A DNA stretch of 64,000 bases, taken from the NCBI GenBank assembly GCA_025451755.1, contig JANWJT010000017.1:16147-80146 (forward strand), in the 5' to 3' direction. This DNA is from Candidatus Microgenomates bacterium (lineage in GTDB: Bacteria; Patescibacteriota; Microgenomatia; Levybacterales; UBA12049). Positions 9,913 to 19,386 of this stretch are shown one piece after another. The notes below the pieces were generated by a model that saw only the letters and a program-made list of their open reading frames with translations, had not been told where the DNA came from and did no database searches. How positions within the stretch are numbered: the first letter of the stretch is position 1; each line of letters opens with the position of its first letter. The position numbers and the translations under genes were made by a program.

Positions 9913-10272
9913 ATGAACAAACAACTATTAAAAGACGGATTTGGCTGGGGTTTACTGCTATGGTTTGTTGGCTATGTGCTTGGTATAATTTTATTTATGA
10001 TGGTACCTATTGGACTCATTGGCTGGATAATTTCTCCAATAGGCATAGCACTTACTTTGTGGATACTTAATAAAAAGATAAAAAGCAGTTCTTTCCAGCA
10101 CTATATAACCATAGCGGTTATTTGGGCACTTATTGCTATCGTGTTTGATTATATTTTCCTAGTGCAGTTATTTAAACCAGAAGACGGTTATTACAAGTTG
10201 GACGTTTATTTTTATTACCTATTTACCTTTAGCTTACCTCTGTTGGTTGGGTGGCGTAAAGCAAAGTCATAA
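9913..10272 (+). CDS. Hypothetical 4-TM membrane protein
   Basis: Hydrophobic segments; -10 box TATACT 6 nt before ATG. Confidence 0.75.
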   Translation: MNKQLLKDGFGWGLLLWFVGYVLGIILFMMVPIGLIGWIISPIGIALTLWILNKKIKSSSFQHYITIAVIWALIAIVFDYIFLVQLFKPEDGYYKLDVYFYYLFTFSLPLLVGWRKAKS

Positions 10273-10495
10273 ACAACTATTTGTAAAGTTGGGTCGTGTT
10301 GGAGTTTTTTAATTTCAAGCCATCGTTGTTTTAGTTCACCTATATGCCCAACGTGCTGAAACGCTTGGATAATTGCGTCAAAATCTATTGGCATAGTGTT
10401 CTTAGGCGCGGGGAAGTAATACAAATCTGGGATAGGCTCACAGAACTTCTTGCAAAATTAATTAAATTTTTTTACAATGTGTTAGAATAAATAAA

Positions 10496-10999
10496 ATGAG
10501 TAAGTTAATTAACTGTCTTTGGTTTGCAAATAATGACGGAGAAGAGGCAGCAAAATATTATATAGACACGTTCAATTCAGCTCCTGGTGATCACAGCGCA
10601 AAAATTGGTGATATCACAAAATCCCCTAAGGCATCTGAAGAAGTTTCAGGAAGACCTGAGGGATCTGTTTTGACAGCTGAAGCGGAAATTGACGGAATAA
10701 GCTTCATGTTTCTTAACGGAGGCCCTGTTGAGCAATTCAAACTTAACGGCGCAACTTCTTACATTATTGAATGCGAAACTCAGGAAGAAATTGATTTCTT
10801 CTGGGAAAAATTTTCAGCTATTCCTGAAGCCGAGCAATGTGGATGGTGTACAGATAAATTCGGTGTAACATGGCAAGTAGTCCCAAGGATTTTGGATGAA
10901 CTCATGAGGAGAGATCCTGAAACATCTGAAAAGGTAACTGCTGCTTTTATGCCAATGAAAAAACTTGATCTTGAAGCAATCCGAAAAGCTGGTGAATAA
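10496..10999 (+). CDS. VOC/PhnB-like (3-demethylubiquinone-9 3-methyltransferase family) protein
   Basis: CLWF..EEAAKYY, LNGGP, CGWCTDKFGVTWQVVP. Confidence 0.9.
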   Translation: MSKLINCLWFANNDGEEAAKYYIDTFNSAPGDHSAKIGDITKSPKASEEVSGRPEGSVLTAEAEIDGISFMFLNGGPVEQFKLNGATSYIIECETQEEIDFFWEKFSAIPEAEQCGWCTDKFGVTWQVVPRILDELMRRDPETSEKVTAAFMPMKKLDLEAIRKAGE

Positions 11000-11044
11000 A
11001 GCTGCAGCGTTCAAGACACGGAGCCAATTTGGTATAATCATCCT

Positions 11045-11350
11045 ATGTCTAAGAACCCATTCATTAATGCTCTTGGGGCTTCAGGATATATAATCCTCGT
11101 TGCGAGTATTATTAATCTTGTATCTTCCGCCCACAAAGATAAACCCGACACTTTTTTTGCTCCTGTTGCATTTTTGTCATTACTCACTCTTTCTGCTGCA
11201 GTAATGGCTTTTATATTTTTCTACCAACCACTTCAACTTTTTATTGATGGAAAGAAAAAGCAAGCGGTTGATCTATTTGTTAAAACCGTTAGCGCATTTG
11301 GAGCTATTACAGTGGTAGTTTGGATTCTGCTTTTTTCCGGTCTTATTTAG
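11045..11350 (+). CDS. Hypothetical 3-TM membrane protein
   Basis: Hydrophobic ORF; TGGTATAAT 6 nt before ATG. Confidence 0.75.
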   Translation: MSKNPFINALGASGYIILVASIINLVSSAHKDKPDTFFAPVAFLSLLTLSAAVMAFIFFYQPLQLFIDGKKKQAVDLFVKTVSAFGAITVVVWILLFSGLI

Positions 11351-11388
11351 CCGGCAGTAATTTATTAGACCAACAATAATAAAAAAAT

Positions 11389-11820
11389 ATGAATATGTTT
11401 AAGCCGGTCAATGCAAAATCTGTCAGAGAATATTTTGACTTACTTCCAAAAGAAAGACGTGAACCAATTGAATTTTTGGATAATTTAATCAAAAAAACTG
11501 CGCCATCGTTCAAACAGAATTTTCTATATAATATGCCAGGTTACGGCAGTTTTAAGTATAAAAATTACAAGAAAGAAACAATTGATTGGCCAATCGTAGC
11601 TCTTGCAAGTCAAAAAAATTATATCAGCTTGTATATATGCGCTGTTGAAGACGGCGAGTATATAGCTGAAAAATATAAAAACTTATTGGGTAAAGTAAGT
11701 GTGGGCAGAAGCTGCATTCGTTTTAAAAAGATTGAGGATTTAAATCTTGAAACTTTAAAAAAAATAATAAAATTGGCTGAAAAGTCTCCGGGACTTGTGG
11801 GAGCTAAGGCAGTTGAGTGA
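11389..11820 (+). CDS. DUF1801 domain protein
   Basis: MPGYG, LASQKNYISLY, GRSCIRFKK. Confidence 0.8.
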   Translation: MNMFKPVNAKSVREYFDLLPKERREPIEFLDNLIKKTAPSFKQNFLYNMPGYGSFKYKNYKKETIDWPIVALASQKNYISLYICAVEDGEYIAEKYKNLLGKVSVGRSCIRFKKIEDLNLETLKKIIKLAEKSPGLVGAKAVE

Positions 11821-11895
11821 GAAACCGGGAACGTTCTCAAAGACTTCTAGAGTAGCCTCAAAACTTAATTGCTTGCTGATTCTAGTATAGAGAGC

Positions 11896-12174
11896 TCAGT
11901 AAAATCCAGTGTTCCTGCCAGGTCTTGGGGCAACCCAAAAACGCTGACCTTTTTTCTCGGGAGGAGAAGTAACTTCTACCCAAAATGATATTCCTTCTCC
12001 CCGAACTTTTTCTTTAACCACAACTTTTGCAGTAACATCTACGTCAAGCGGGGGACCAGAAGCATGCGTACTTTCTTGACCTCTCGGGCCGGTAAATGGC
12101 TGACTCCCTGCTTTAATAGTGTAATAAGTTGGACGGTGCTCTTTTCTTAATGTTGAATCTGACTGTTCCTGCAT
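11896..12174 (-). CDS. Hypothetical small beta-rich protein
   Basis: ORF from ATG 12174 (MQEQSDST...); no family recognised. Confidence 0.5.
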   Translation of the reverse strand: MQEQSDSTLRKEHRPTYYTIKAGSQPFTGPRGQESTHASGPPLDVDVTAKVVVKEKVRGEGISFWVEVTSPPEKKGQRFWVAPRPGRNTGFY

Positions 12175-12254
12175 ATATACAAGCACATTATATTGCAGTA
12201 TTTCACTTAAAACAAGTTATAGTCCCATTTTCCTTGTAGCATAATAATAGAAAA

Positions 12255-12274
12255 AATAAAAGTAAATTGACAAA
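12255..12274 (+). repeat. 20-bp direct repeat, copy 1 (AATAAAAGTAAATTGACAAA)
   Basis: Exact match to 13563-13582. Confidence 0.85.
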
Positions 12275-12354
12275 AAATTTGACTATATGAAAAGAATAAA
12301 CAATAAGTTATAATTTCTTCTTGATTTCTGTCAATTTATTTGTATAATCCTACT

Positions 12355-12933
12355 GTGCAAGAAAGAAAACAAGTTTCGCTAAATTTACAAGAGATTGCAA
12401 ATAAATCAGATAGTATGGGCGTTATAGAAACACCTAATACCGGCTTAAAACTTGAGGTAACAGCGCTTCCATATTGGGTTAGGATTGAACCGCAAACTAA
12501 ATTCACTGGTCTGTCTCCAGACATTTTTGTTTTGGTGACAGTTGCAGCGAAAGAAAGAATAATTGAACTTGCAGTTTATACAAAACGATCTAATGGTAGT
12601 TACTTCGATAATGATTTTCGAGCAAAACCTCTGACTAGAGAAGCAGTAGAGTTTATTTTAAAAGCAAATCCTGATGCTGAAGGAATAGGCTTTGAATACA
12701 GAGAAGGGAGCCAAACATTTACAGAGTACGATCGAGAAAGAAAGCGACTCATTGCACAAGGGAAAACAGAGCGCGATGCTGAAAACCTTGCTCCTAAAGG
12801 TGTATGGGACTATATTCATATTGCTAGTCCATTAGGATTTACACAAATAACAGATGTAACAATAAGCCATGATTCAGATTCAGGAAGAATTGCAAAAGGG
12901 GTTTTTAGAAAAACAGGAAAAATTAAAACCTGA
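12355..12933 (+). CDS. Hypothetical protein
   Basis: Long ORF; probable GTG start at 12355, 6 nt after TATAAT. Confidence 0.65.
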   Translation: MQERKQVSLNLQEIANKSDSMGVIETPNTGLKLEVTALPYWVRIEPQTKFTGLSPDIFVLVTVAAKERIIELAVYTKRSNGSYFDNDFRAKPLTREAVEFILKANPDAEGIGFEYREGSQTFTEYDRERKRLIAQGKTERDAENLAPKGVWDYIHIASPLGFTQITDVTISHDSDSGRIAKGVFRKTGKIKT

Positions 12934-12985
12934 ACTTAAATTTGCTTTCAAATTTTATATATAGTAGAATCTTGAACATTGCATT

Positions 12986-13555
12986 ATGAATAGATTCGAA
13001 GTCGCTATTAGACCTGAAGGCGTAAATGAATCATTTTACATCCATCCTGCCATAACGTCTTCTCAAATTGAACAGCTGATTGCCTTTACGCAATCCGAAA
13101 CTGATCCTGTAAAATTGGGAAGAGACGGCCAGCGTTTTATGTCGCGCGAACAATACGAAGAGTGGTCTAAGAAAGGACGAACGATTTATACATTAACTGA
13201 TAACATAGATGCTGAAGGAAGATTGAAGGGAATTTTTTGGGCTGGGGAAAAGGAGCTTCCAGATAGAGCAGACTACAGCGAATCTCTTGACCCAAATTTT
13301 TATAGACATACATATGCTTTCCGTCTCTACGATTCGGCAAGAGGAAAGGGAATTTCCCACTCAGTTTTAAGTACTTGTATTGATGAATATGTTTCGAAAC
13401 TTTCGCTTCCAGTAGGTTTTTGGCTTGAAACAAGCGGAGCAAATGAGGTAGCTATTCATATGGATGAAAAGCAAGGATTCAGAGTTGTATCTGGAAAAAA
13501 CGATCAGGGGCTAGTAACATTAGTTCGTGAATACGCGATGCCCCTCAAAATTTAG
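12986..13555 (+). CDS. GNAT-fold acetyltransferase-like protein
   Basis: ARGKGIS acetyl-CoA motif A and NEVAIHMDEKQGF motif B. Confidence 0.7.
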   Translation: MNRFEVAIRPEGVNESFYIHPAITSSQIEQLIAFTQSETDPVKLGRDGQRFMSREQYEEWSKKGRTIYTLTDNIDAEGRLKGIFWAGEKELPDRADYSESLDPNFYRHTYAFRLYDSARGKGISHSVLSTCIDEYVSKLSLPVGFWLETSGANEVAIHMDEKQGFRVVSGKNDQGLVTLVREYAMPLKI

Positions 13556-13562
13556 ATACTTT

Positions 13563-13582
13563 AATAAAAGTAAATTGACAAA
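13563..13582 (+). repeat. 20-bp direct repeat, copy 2
   Basis: Exact match to 12255-12274. Confidence 0.85.
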
Positions 13583-13609
13583 CAGTTCTAGATAGTACAT
13601 AGTAAAACT

Positions 13610-13750
13610 ATGGCTGATAAATCTTTTAGGCTTTCGCCATCTCCGGATTCTAAACATCTTCAGCGAGTATTACTTTATGGACTAGCTCTTCTTCTTATTA
13701 TCCTCACAGCAGTCTTGGCAGGATGGATGCTGGGAATAAATAATTCATAA
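13610..13750 (+). CDS. Small single-TM protein (46 aa, below ORF-track cutoff)
   Basis: MADKSFRLSPSPDSKHLQRVLLYGLALLLIILTAVLAGWMLGINNS; TTGACA upstream. Confidence 0.55.
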   Translation: MADKSFRLSPSPDSKHLQRVLLYGLALLLIILTAVLAGWMLGINNS

Positions 13751-13794
13751 AAGCTTCTAATTTTTCCGCAGTAGAATAGTGTATAATATAGTAT

Positions 13795-13914
13795 ATGGCA
13801 AAAAGACCTACCGGAGTTGGAAAGAAAAAGAAATCCCGCTCACACAAAACCGAGAAAAGGCGTGAAATAAAACGCGAGATGCTTGCGAAGAAAGCTACTA
13901 AGAAGCGTAAATAA
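13795..13914 (+). CDS. Very basic 39-aa protein (below ORF-track cutoff)
   Basis: MAKRPTGVGKKKKSRSHKTEKRREIKREMLAKKATKKRK; TATAAT 7 nt before ATG. Confidence 0.65.
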   Translation: MAKRPTGVGKKKKSRSHKTEKRREIKREMLAKKATKKRK

Positions 13915-13936
13915 AATCTTCTGATATAATTGTCTC

Positions 13937-14317
13937 ATGAAGACAAAGATTGAAACTACTAAAGCTCCGGTAACAGGAGCAAGTCCCCATTCTCAGGCAA
14001 TTGTTGCAAATAATTTCGTTTTTACTCAAGGCTCGATATGTTTAACTCCCGAAGGAAAACTTCTTGAAGGAACTGTTGAAGAACAAGTTCATCAAATAAT
14101 GAAAAATCTACAAGCTATTCTTGAAGAAGCCGGTGTTTCTTTTGCCGATGTTGTTAAATCAACAATCTATATGACCGACATGTCTTTGTATGGAGAAATT
14201 AACAAAGTTTATGGCAGTTATTTTTCTGATCCTTATCCTGCAAGAGAATCAGTCTGCGTTAAAGAACTTCCTCTGGGTGCAAAAGTAGAAATCAGCATGA
14301 TTGCCGCAAAAGAATGA
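13937..14317 (+). CDS. RidA family reactive imine deaminase
   Basis: SQAIVANNFVFTQG, PARESV with catalytic Arg, LPLGAKVEI. Confidence 0.9.
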   Translation: MKTKIETTKAPVTGASPHSQAIVANNFVFTQGSICLTPEGKLLEGTVEEQVHQIMKNLQAILEEAGVSFADVVKSTIYMTDMSLYGEINKVYGSYFSDPYPARESVCVKELPLGAKVEISMIAAKE

Positions 14318-14319
14318 AT

Positions 14320-14595
14320 TTAACTATTTGTCTTTTGGGAGGCGAGTTTGTGGCGGGAGGAAACTATGCCAAGTGTTACAAATGCAATATAAAAAGCCCC
14401 CATTATGCATGCCTCGATCATATGTGCAGGTTTACTAAATACCAAATAAGCTCCACTTATAATAGTTGCCATAACTAAAATATATGACGTTTTAAGCTTG
14501 GATTGTGAAGGAAAGAAAAGCGTAAAACCCGTGTAAATAATACTGGTTAATGCAATTATTATATGAAGAATTACTGCCACGAGAATATTATACAC
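14320..14595 (-). CDS. Hypothetical membrane protein at the end of the cyo operon
   Basis: 3 hydrophobic segments; overlaps the cyoE stop. Confidence 0.65.
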   Translation of the reverse strand: MYNILVAVILHIIIALTSIIYTGFTLFFPSQSKLKTSYILVMATIISGAYLVFSKPAHMIEACIMGAFYIAFVTLGIVSSRHKLASQKTNS

Positions 14596-15457
14596 CTTTT
14601 AGAAAAGATGCATCTACCGACATTGCAATACAAAGAAATGTAAGGATCATAAGTGACAGTTTAAACATTTTACGAGCCCATAAAATATTATTATCCACCT
14701 TAAAACCTTTAATACATAGCTTAAGCCAGGAAAATCCGGCCACAATCACAACTGTTAAATATGTATAACCTGTGTAACTAAAAATAGTAAGCATTGAGCA
14801 AATAATAATAAATGCAGATATATAGAAAAGCATATAGATCTTGGTAATATAAATTCCTTTTACTACAGGTAAAACCGGAATCGATGCTTGCGTATAGTCT
14901 TTAAGTCTAAAAATTGAGATTGAATAAAAATGGGGCATCTGCCAGAAAACAAGAATCATAAATAGTATAACAGCGCCTAAATCAAAGTTATTTGTAACTG
15001 CAGTGTACCCTGTAACAATAGGTGTTGCTCCGGAAACTGCTCCAAATAGAGTTCCATAAATAGAGCGGCGTTTTAAAATAGTATAGACTACTAAATAGAA
15101 AAAAGTCCCAACAGCTCCAACTGCAACAGTCAAAAAATTGACATAGAAAATTAAAATTAAGAAACCAAGTAATCCTAATACGACGCCGAATACAAGAGCC
15201 TTCGGTACCGGGATTAATTTTTTAACAAGAGCACGGTTTCTTGTTCTTGCCATTTTCCCATCGATATCCCGGTCGATATAATTATTGAACACACAGGCAG
15301 AAGCAATACCTAAAGAGGTGCCAGAAAGCGTTGCTAATAATAAACCTAGATTTACCTGTCCTCTTGAAGCAAGAAAAAAACCTGCTGCCGCGGTTATTAA
15401 ATTTCCAAATATTATTCCGGGTTTTGTAAGGGATAGATAAGTTTTAAATAAATTCAC
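14588..15457 (-). CDS. cyoE: Protoheme IX farnesyltransferase (heme o synthase)
   Basis: LTKPGII, NNYIDRDIDGKMARTRNR, WQMPHFY. Confidence 0.95.
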   Translation of the reverse strand: MNLFKTYLSLTKPGIIFGNLITAAAGFFLASRGQVNLGLLLATLSGTSLGIASACVFNNYIDRDIDGKMARTRNRALVKKLIPVPKALVFGVVLGLLGFLILIFYVNFLTVAVGAVGTFFYLVVYTILKRRSIYGTLFGAVSGATPIVTGYTAVTNNFDLGAVILFMILVFWQMPHFYSISIFRLKDYTQASIPVLPVVKGIYITKIYMLFYISAFIIICSMLTIFSYTGYTYLTVVIVAGFSWLKLCIKGFKVDNNILWARKMFKLSLMILTFLCIAMSVDASFLKGV

Positions 15458-15471
15458 CTATTAATTTTGAA

Positions 15472-15840
15472 TTATTTGTGTATCGCTTCTGAATCTTGTA
15501 TATACGTATTTATATTTGAACCTGGCATCATATTATAATTTAAGTTTTGCATAATCCATAAAGAAGCCAGGACGACAAGCAAAATAATAATTACTGTAGA
15601 GAGAAAAAAGATTAAATTCCAGCGTGGCTTTTTTTCCTGCGAAAGATGAAGAAAGAAAAACAATTGAACAAATAGCTGTGCGACTGCAAAAAATAATACA
15701 AGAAAAATCAGTATTTCACTAGAAAATATTTTGCGGGAAGAATCCAAATGAATTAAAACCGGAATATAGGCGGCAAGAGTAAATATAATAGAAAGAACGA
15801 AACCTATTATATAAGAGCGTAAATATCCGCGCTCGTTCAT
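15472..15840 (-). CDS. cyoD: Cytochrome o ubiquinol oxidase subunit IV
   Basis: SYIIGFVLSIIFT, QLFFFLHL, SLWIMQNLNYNMM; start at ATG 15840 overlapping the cyoC stop. Confidence 0.9.
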   Translation of the reverse strand: MNERGYLRSYIIGFVLSIIFTLAAYIPVLIHLDSSRKIFSSEILIFLVLFFAVAQLFVQLFFFLHLSQEKKPRWNLIFFLSTVIIILLVVLASLWIMQNLNYNMMPGSNINTYIQDSEAIHK

Positions 15841-16412
15841 TAAAGAATTCCTCCAAAAAGATAAACTATTGTAAATATAAAAATCCAAACTACATCTAGG
15901 AAATGCCAAAACAAACTTAGAAGCATAAGTTTTCTAAGATTTGCTCCTGTTATATCGCGACGAATTATTTGAATAAGAAGAATTCCTATCCAGAAAAGTC
16001 CTGCGGTAATATGAAGACCGTGGGTTCCTACTAAAGTAAAGAATGAAGATAGAAAAGCACTTCTGTCCGGTCTGTTGCCTTCCGAAATTAAATGAGAAAA
16101 TTCGAAAAATTCCATTGCTAAAAATACAGCTCCCAATAAAAATGTTAAAGCAAAGAAAACAATCGTCATGTTTTTATTTCTAAGACGTGCGTAAAGAAGA
16201 CCTATTCCGCATGTAAAGCTACTTGTTAAAAGTATTAATGTTTCGGTTAGGACAAATGGAGGATTAAATATTTTAGCAATTGTAATTGCTCCAAAAGTAT
16301 TATTGCGAAGGACCGCATAAGTGGCAAAAAGAACAGCAAACATTATAAGATCGGTCATAAGATAAATCCAAAATCCGAAAAGATTTTTGTCATCCGCAAC
16401 TTCTTTATGCAT
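15840..16412 (-). CDS. cyoC: Cytochrome o ubiquinol oxidase subunit III
   Basis: [30 protein letters not shown]; likely start ATG 16412. Confidence 0.93.
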   Translation of the reverse strand: MHKEVADDKNLFGFWIYLMTDLIMFAVLFATYAVLRNNTFGAITIAKIFNPPFVLTETLILLTSSFTCGIGLLYARLRNKNMTIVFFALTFLLGAVFLAMEFFEFSHLISEGNRPDRSAFLSSFFTLVGTHGLHITAGLFWIGILLIQIIRRDITGANLRKLMLLSLFWHFLDVVWIFIFTIVYLFGGIL

Positions 16413-18378
16413 GCGTTTTTCCCCTTTCTTCAATTTTTTCAACCTCGGCAGCAGTTAGGACATATTCTGTATCTTCATCGAATGTCCGGATTATAACGCA
16501 GGCAATCGCGCCGATAATTCCTAAAAGAGCAAGCCAGTAGATATGCCATACAAATGCAAACCCCATTAAAAAGACAAACACAGAAATATATATTCCCATT
16601 GCGGTATTTTTAGGTAGATGAATATCTTCGTATTTTATCTTTTCTTTCGGTTTTTTATTTCGCTTCATTTCCCAAAATGCGTCGCCGGAAGTAATTTGCG
16701 GAATTACGGCAAAATTATAAAATGGCACAGGCGAAGGGGTTGACCATTCAAGCGTACGGCCGTTCCACGGATCTCCTGTTTTATCTAAATTTTGTTTTCT
16801 CTGCTTTATGCTTACAATAATTTGTAATATTTGAAAGACTACGCCGCATGTAATAATACAAAAGCCTACTACAGAAATTATAAATAATGGCTGCCAACTG
16901 GTATTGGTATAATGATCAAGGCGTCTTGTCGCTCCCATAAGACCCAAAATGTAGAGGGGTACAAAAGATACGAAAAATCCTATAATCCAAGACCAAAACG
17001 CGTAGCGGCCCAAGCGTTCATTAAGTCGGAATCCCATTATTTTGGGAAACCAATAGGTAAATCCTGCAAAAATTCCGAATAGAGCTCCTCCTATAATCAT
17101 AGTATGAAAATGCGCGACTAAAAATAAGCTGTTATGCAGTTGAAAATCTGCAGGAGGAGATGCCATAAGCACTCCTGCCATTCCTCCAAATGTAAATGTT
17201 GAAACAAAACCTAAGAACCAATACATTGGTGTAAAAAACCGAATGCGGCCTTTGTACATAGTAAGGAGCCAATTAAAAAGCTGCATGCCTGTCGGGATTG
17301 CAATTACCATTGTCATTATTCCAAAAAATGCATTTACATTGGCGCCCGCTCCCATTGTAAAAAAATGATGTAACCATACTACAAGAGCAAGAAGAGTAAT
17401 ACCAATTGCAGCAAAAACGAGCGAAGTATACCCGGCTAATTTTTTCTGACTAAACGTTGCGACTATTTCGGAATATATACCAAACGCAGGAAGAATTAAT
17501 ATATAAACCTCGGGGTGTCCCCACATCCAGATAAGGTTGGTATACATCATGGCATTTCCTCCGAAGTCTGTTGTAAAGAAATGCATGCCCAGTGATCTAT
17601 CCAAAAATAATAGGGCAATAGTCACTGTAAGTATTGGGAAGACGGAAATAACAAGAAGCATGCTAAGAAGAGAAGTCCATGTAAACATCGGCATTTTCAT
17701 AAGTGTCATTCCCGGCGCCCTCATCTTAAGAATGGTCACTATAAAATTTATGCCTCCAATCAAGGTACCGAGTCCTGAAATCTGCAGGCTCCATATCCAA
17801 TAATCAACTCCCACGCCAGGACTAAACTCAAGCTCTGAAAGCGGTGTCTGCGCAAGCCAACCGGTTGCTGCAAATTCTCCGCCTAACACAAAAAATAGGT
17901 TGATAAGTATAACTCCTGCAACATATAACCAAAAACCTAATGTGTTTAAAAATGGAAAAGCAAGATCTCTAGAGCCTATTTGGAGCGGTACGATCAAATT
18001 TATGAGCCCAAACAAAAATCCCATGGTAACAAAGAAAACCATAATGTTGCCATGGGCTGTAAAGATTTGCTGAAAATGATCCGGGCTAAGATACCCATGC
18101 GATGATCCTACAGAAAGGGCTTGCTGAATCCATATCATTATTGCATCTAAGCTTCCCCGGAAAAGCATTAATGAGGCAACTATTATATACATGATCCCTA
18201 TTTTTTTAGGATCGGTAGATGTAAGCCATTCTTTCCAGAGCCATTTCCATCGCTTCAGTTTTGTTAGAAGTATTGCAACGCCCAGTCCGCCGATTATAAT
18301 TGATACTGCCCCTCCAATTGTGAACCACTCATGCGGAAGCGCGGATAAAGTTAATCTTCCAAATATAAATTCTATCAT
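16405..18378 (-). CDS. cyoB: Cytochrome o ubiquinol oxidase subunit I (heme-copper oxidase, A1 type)
   Basis: GHPEVY, WLHHF, AHFH metal ligands; quinol-site RGSLD and [10 protein letters not shown]. Confidence 0.96.
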   Translation of the reverse strand: MIEFIFGRLTLSALPHEWFTIGGAVSIIIGGLGVAILLTKLKRWKWLWKEWLTSTDPKKIGIMYIIVASLMLFRGSLDAIMIWIQQALSVGSSHGYLSPDHFQQIFTAHGNIMVFFVTMGFLFGLINLIVPLQIGSRDLAFPFLNTLGFWLYVAGVILINLFFVLGGEFAATGWLAQTPLSELEFSPGVGVDYWIWSLQISGLGTLIGGINFIVTILKMRAPGMTLMKMPMFTWTSLLSMLLVISVFPILTVTIALLFLDRSLGMHFFTTDFGGNAMMYTNLIWMWGHPEVYILILPAFGIYSEIVATFSQKKLAGYTSLVFAAIGITLLALVVWLHHFFTMGAGANVNAFFGIMTMVIAIPTGMQLFNWLLTMYKGRIRFFTPMYWFLGFVSTFTFGGMAGVLMASPPADFQLHNSLFLVAHFHTMIIGGALFGIFAGFTYWFPKIMGFRLNERLGRYAFWSWIIGFFVSFVPLYILGLMGATRRLDHYTNTSWQPLFIISVVGFCIITCGVVFQILQIIVSIKQRKQNLDKTGDPWNGRTLEWSTPSPVPFYNFAVIPQITSGDAFWEMKRNKKPKEKIKYEDIHLPKNTAMGIYISVFVFLMGFAFVWHIYWLALLGIIGAIACVIIRTFDEDTEYVLTAAEVEKIEERGKTHA

Positions 18379-19286
18379 TAATGTTCCATCCCCTGCATTG
18401 CAGACATTTTTTCTTCAGAGCCTTTTGTTTGAGGAGCCATATATTTCATTATTATTTTATTATATAGATCCTTTTCGGGAGACGCGTAAAAAGCTACCGG
18501 ATTATTTTTGCTTGGCTTGACGAGATTATTATATTCTGCAAGATCGAGTGTCTTCGAGAATTCTTTTGTTTTCTGCACCCAATTCTCAAAATCTACCTGT
18601 GAGGAAGCCATGGCAGTAAATATCATTTCCGAAAAGCCTTCACCGTTTATTTCTGCTGAGGTGCCAGCAAATTCTCCTGTCTTGTTAGCTATAAGATGCA
18701 GTTTTGTTCCCATTCCTGTCATTGCATATATTTGTCCGCCAAGCTGAGGGATCCAAAACGAACTCATTGGTGCTTCTGCAGTAAGCTCAAAATTTACCGG
18801 AGTATCAACAGGAAACTGAATAAAATTTACTGTTGCAATATTCTGCTGTGGATAAATAAATAGCCATTTCCATCTTAGTGCAATAACTTGTATTGTTATT
18901 GGTTTATTATTAGACTCAATGGGTTTATAAGGATCAAGCTCATGGGTACTCTTCCAGGTAATAATGGCCAGAATAAAAACGATAAATCCGGGAATAATCC
19001 ACCAGAGAAATTCTGTTTTTTTATTTTGGGTCCAGTCAGGAGAATATTTTGCGTTAAGATTTCCCTCTCTATATTTCCATGCGAAAAAGAAGATAAGAAT
19101 AACTACCGGTATTGCTACGGCCGACATTGTAAGAACTGTTGCAACTATTACGTCTCTTTGTTTTTCGGCAATCAGTCCCTGAGGATTTAAAACTTGGATA
19201 TTGCTGTTTCCGATCAAAACATATCCCAAGAGAATTATGTCAGCAAAAAGCAGAAGGAAGATTATAAATCTGGATGCTTTTATCAT
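18378..19286 (-). CDS. cyoA: Ubiquinol oxidase subunit II
   Basis: [27 protein letters not shown]; no CuA cysteines. Confidence 0.93.
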   Translation of the reverse strand: MIKASRFIIFLLLFADIILLGYVLIGNSNIQVLNPQGLIAEKQRDVIVATVLTMSAVAIPVVILIFFFAWKYREGNLNAKYSPDWTQNKKTEFLWWIIPGFIVFILAIITWKSTHELDPYKPIESNNKPITIQVIALRWKWLFIYPQQNIATVNFIQFPVDTPVNFELTAEAPMSSFWIPQLGGQIYAMTGMGTKLHLIANKTGEFAGTSAEINGEGFSEMIFTAMASSQVDFENWVQKTKEFSKTLDLAEYNNLVKPSKNNPVAFYASPEKDLYNKIIMKYMAPQTKGSEEKMSAMQGMEH

Positions 19287-19386
19287 TATCGAGAACTCTT
19301 AGTTATTATAGCACTCCATGAGGCAATCAGCCTTCATAAAAGGAGCGTGTACATAATAGAGAATTTATAATATAATCTATCCTTGC

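Noticed and set aside
10215-10424. Minus-strand 69-aa ORF
   Set aside because: It overlaps the 9913 gene end and has a weak start. It may be a decayed gene fragment, but no family can be recognised.
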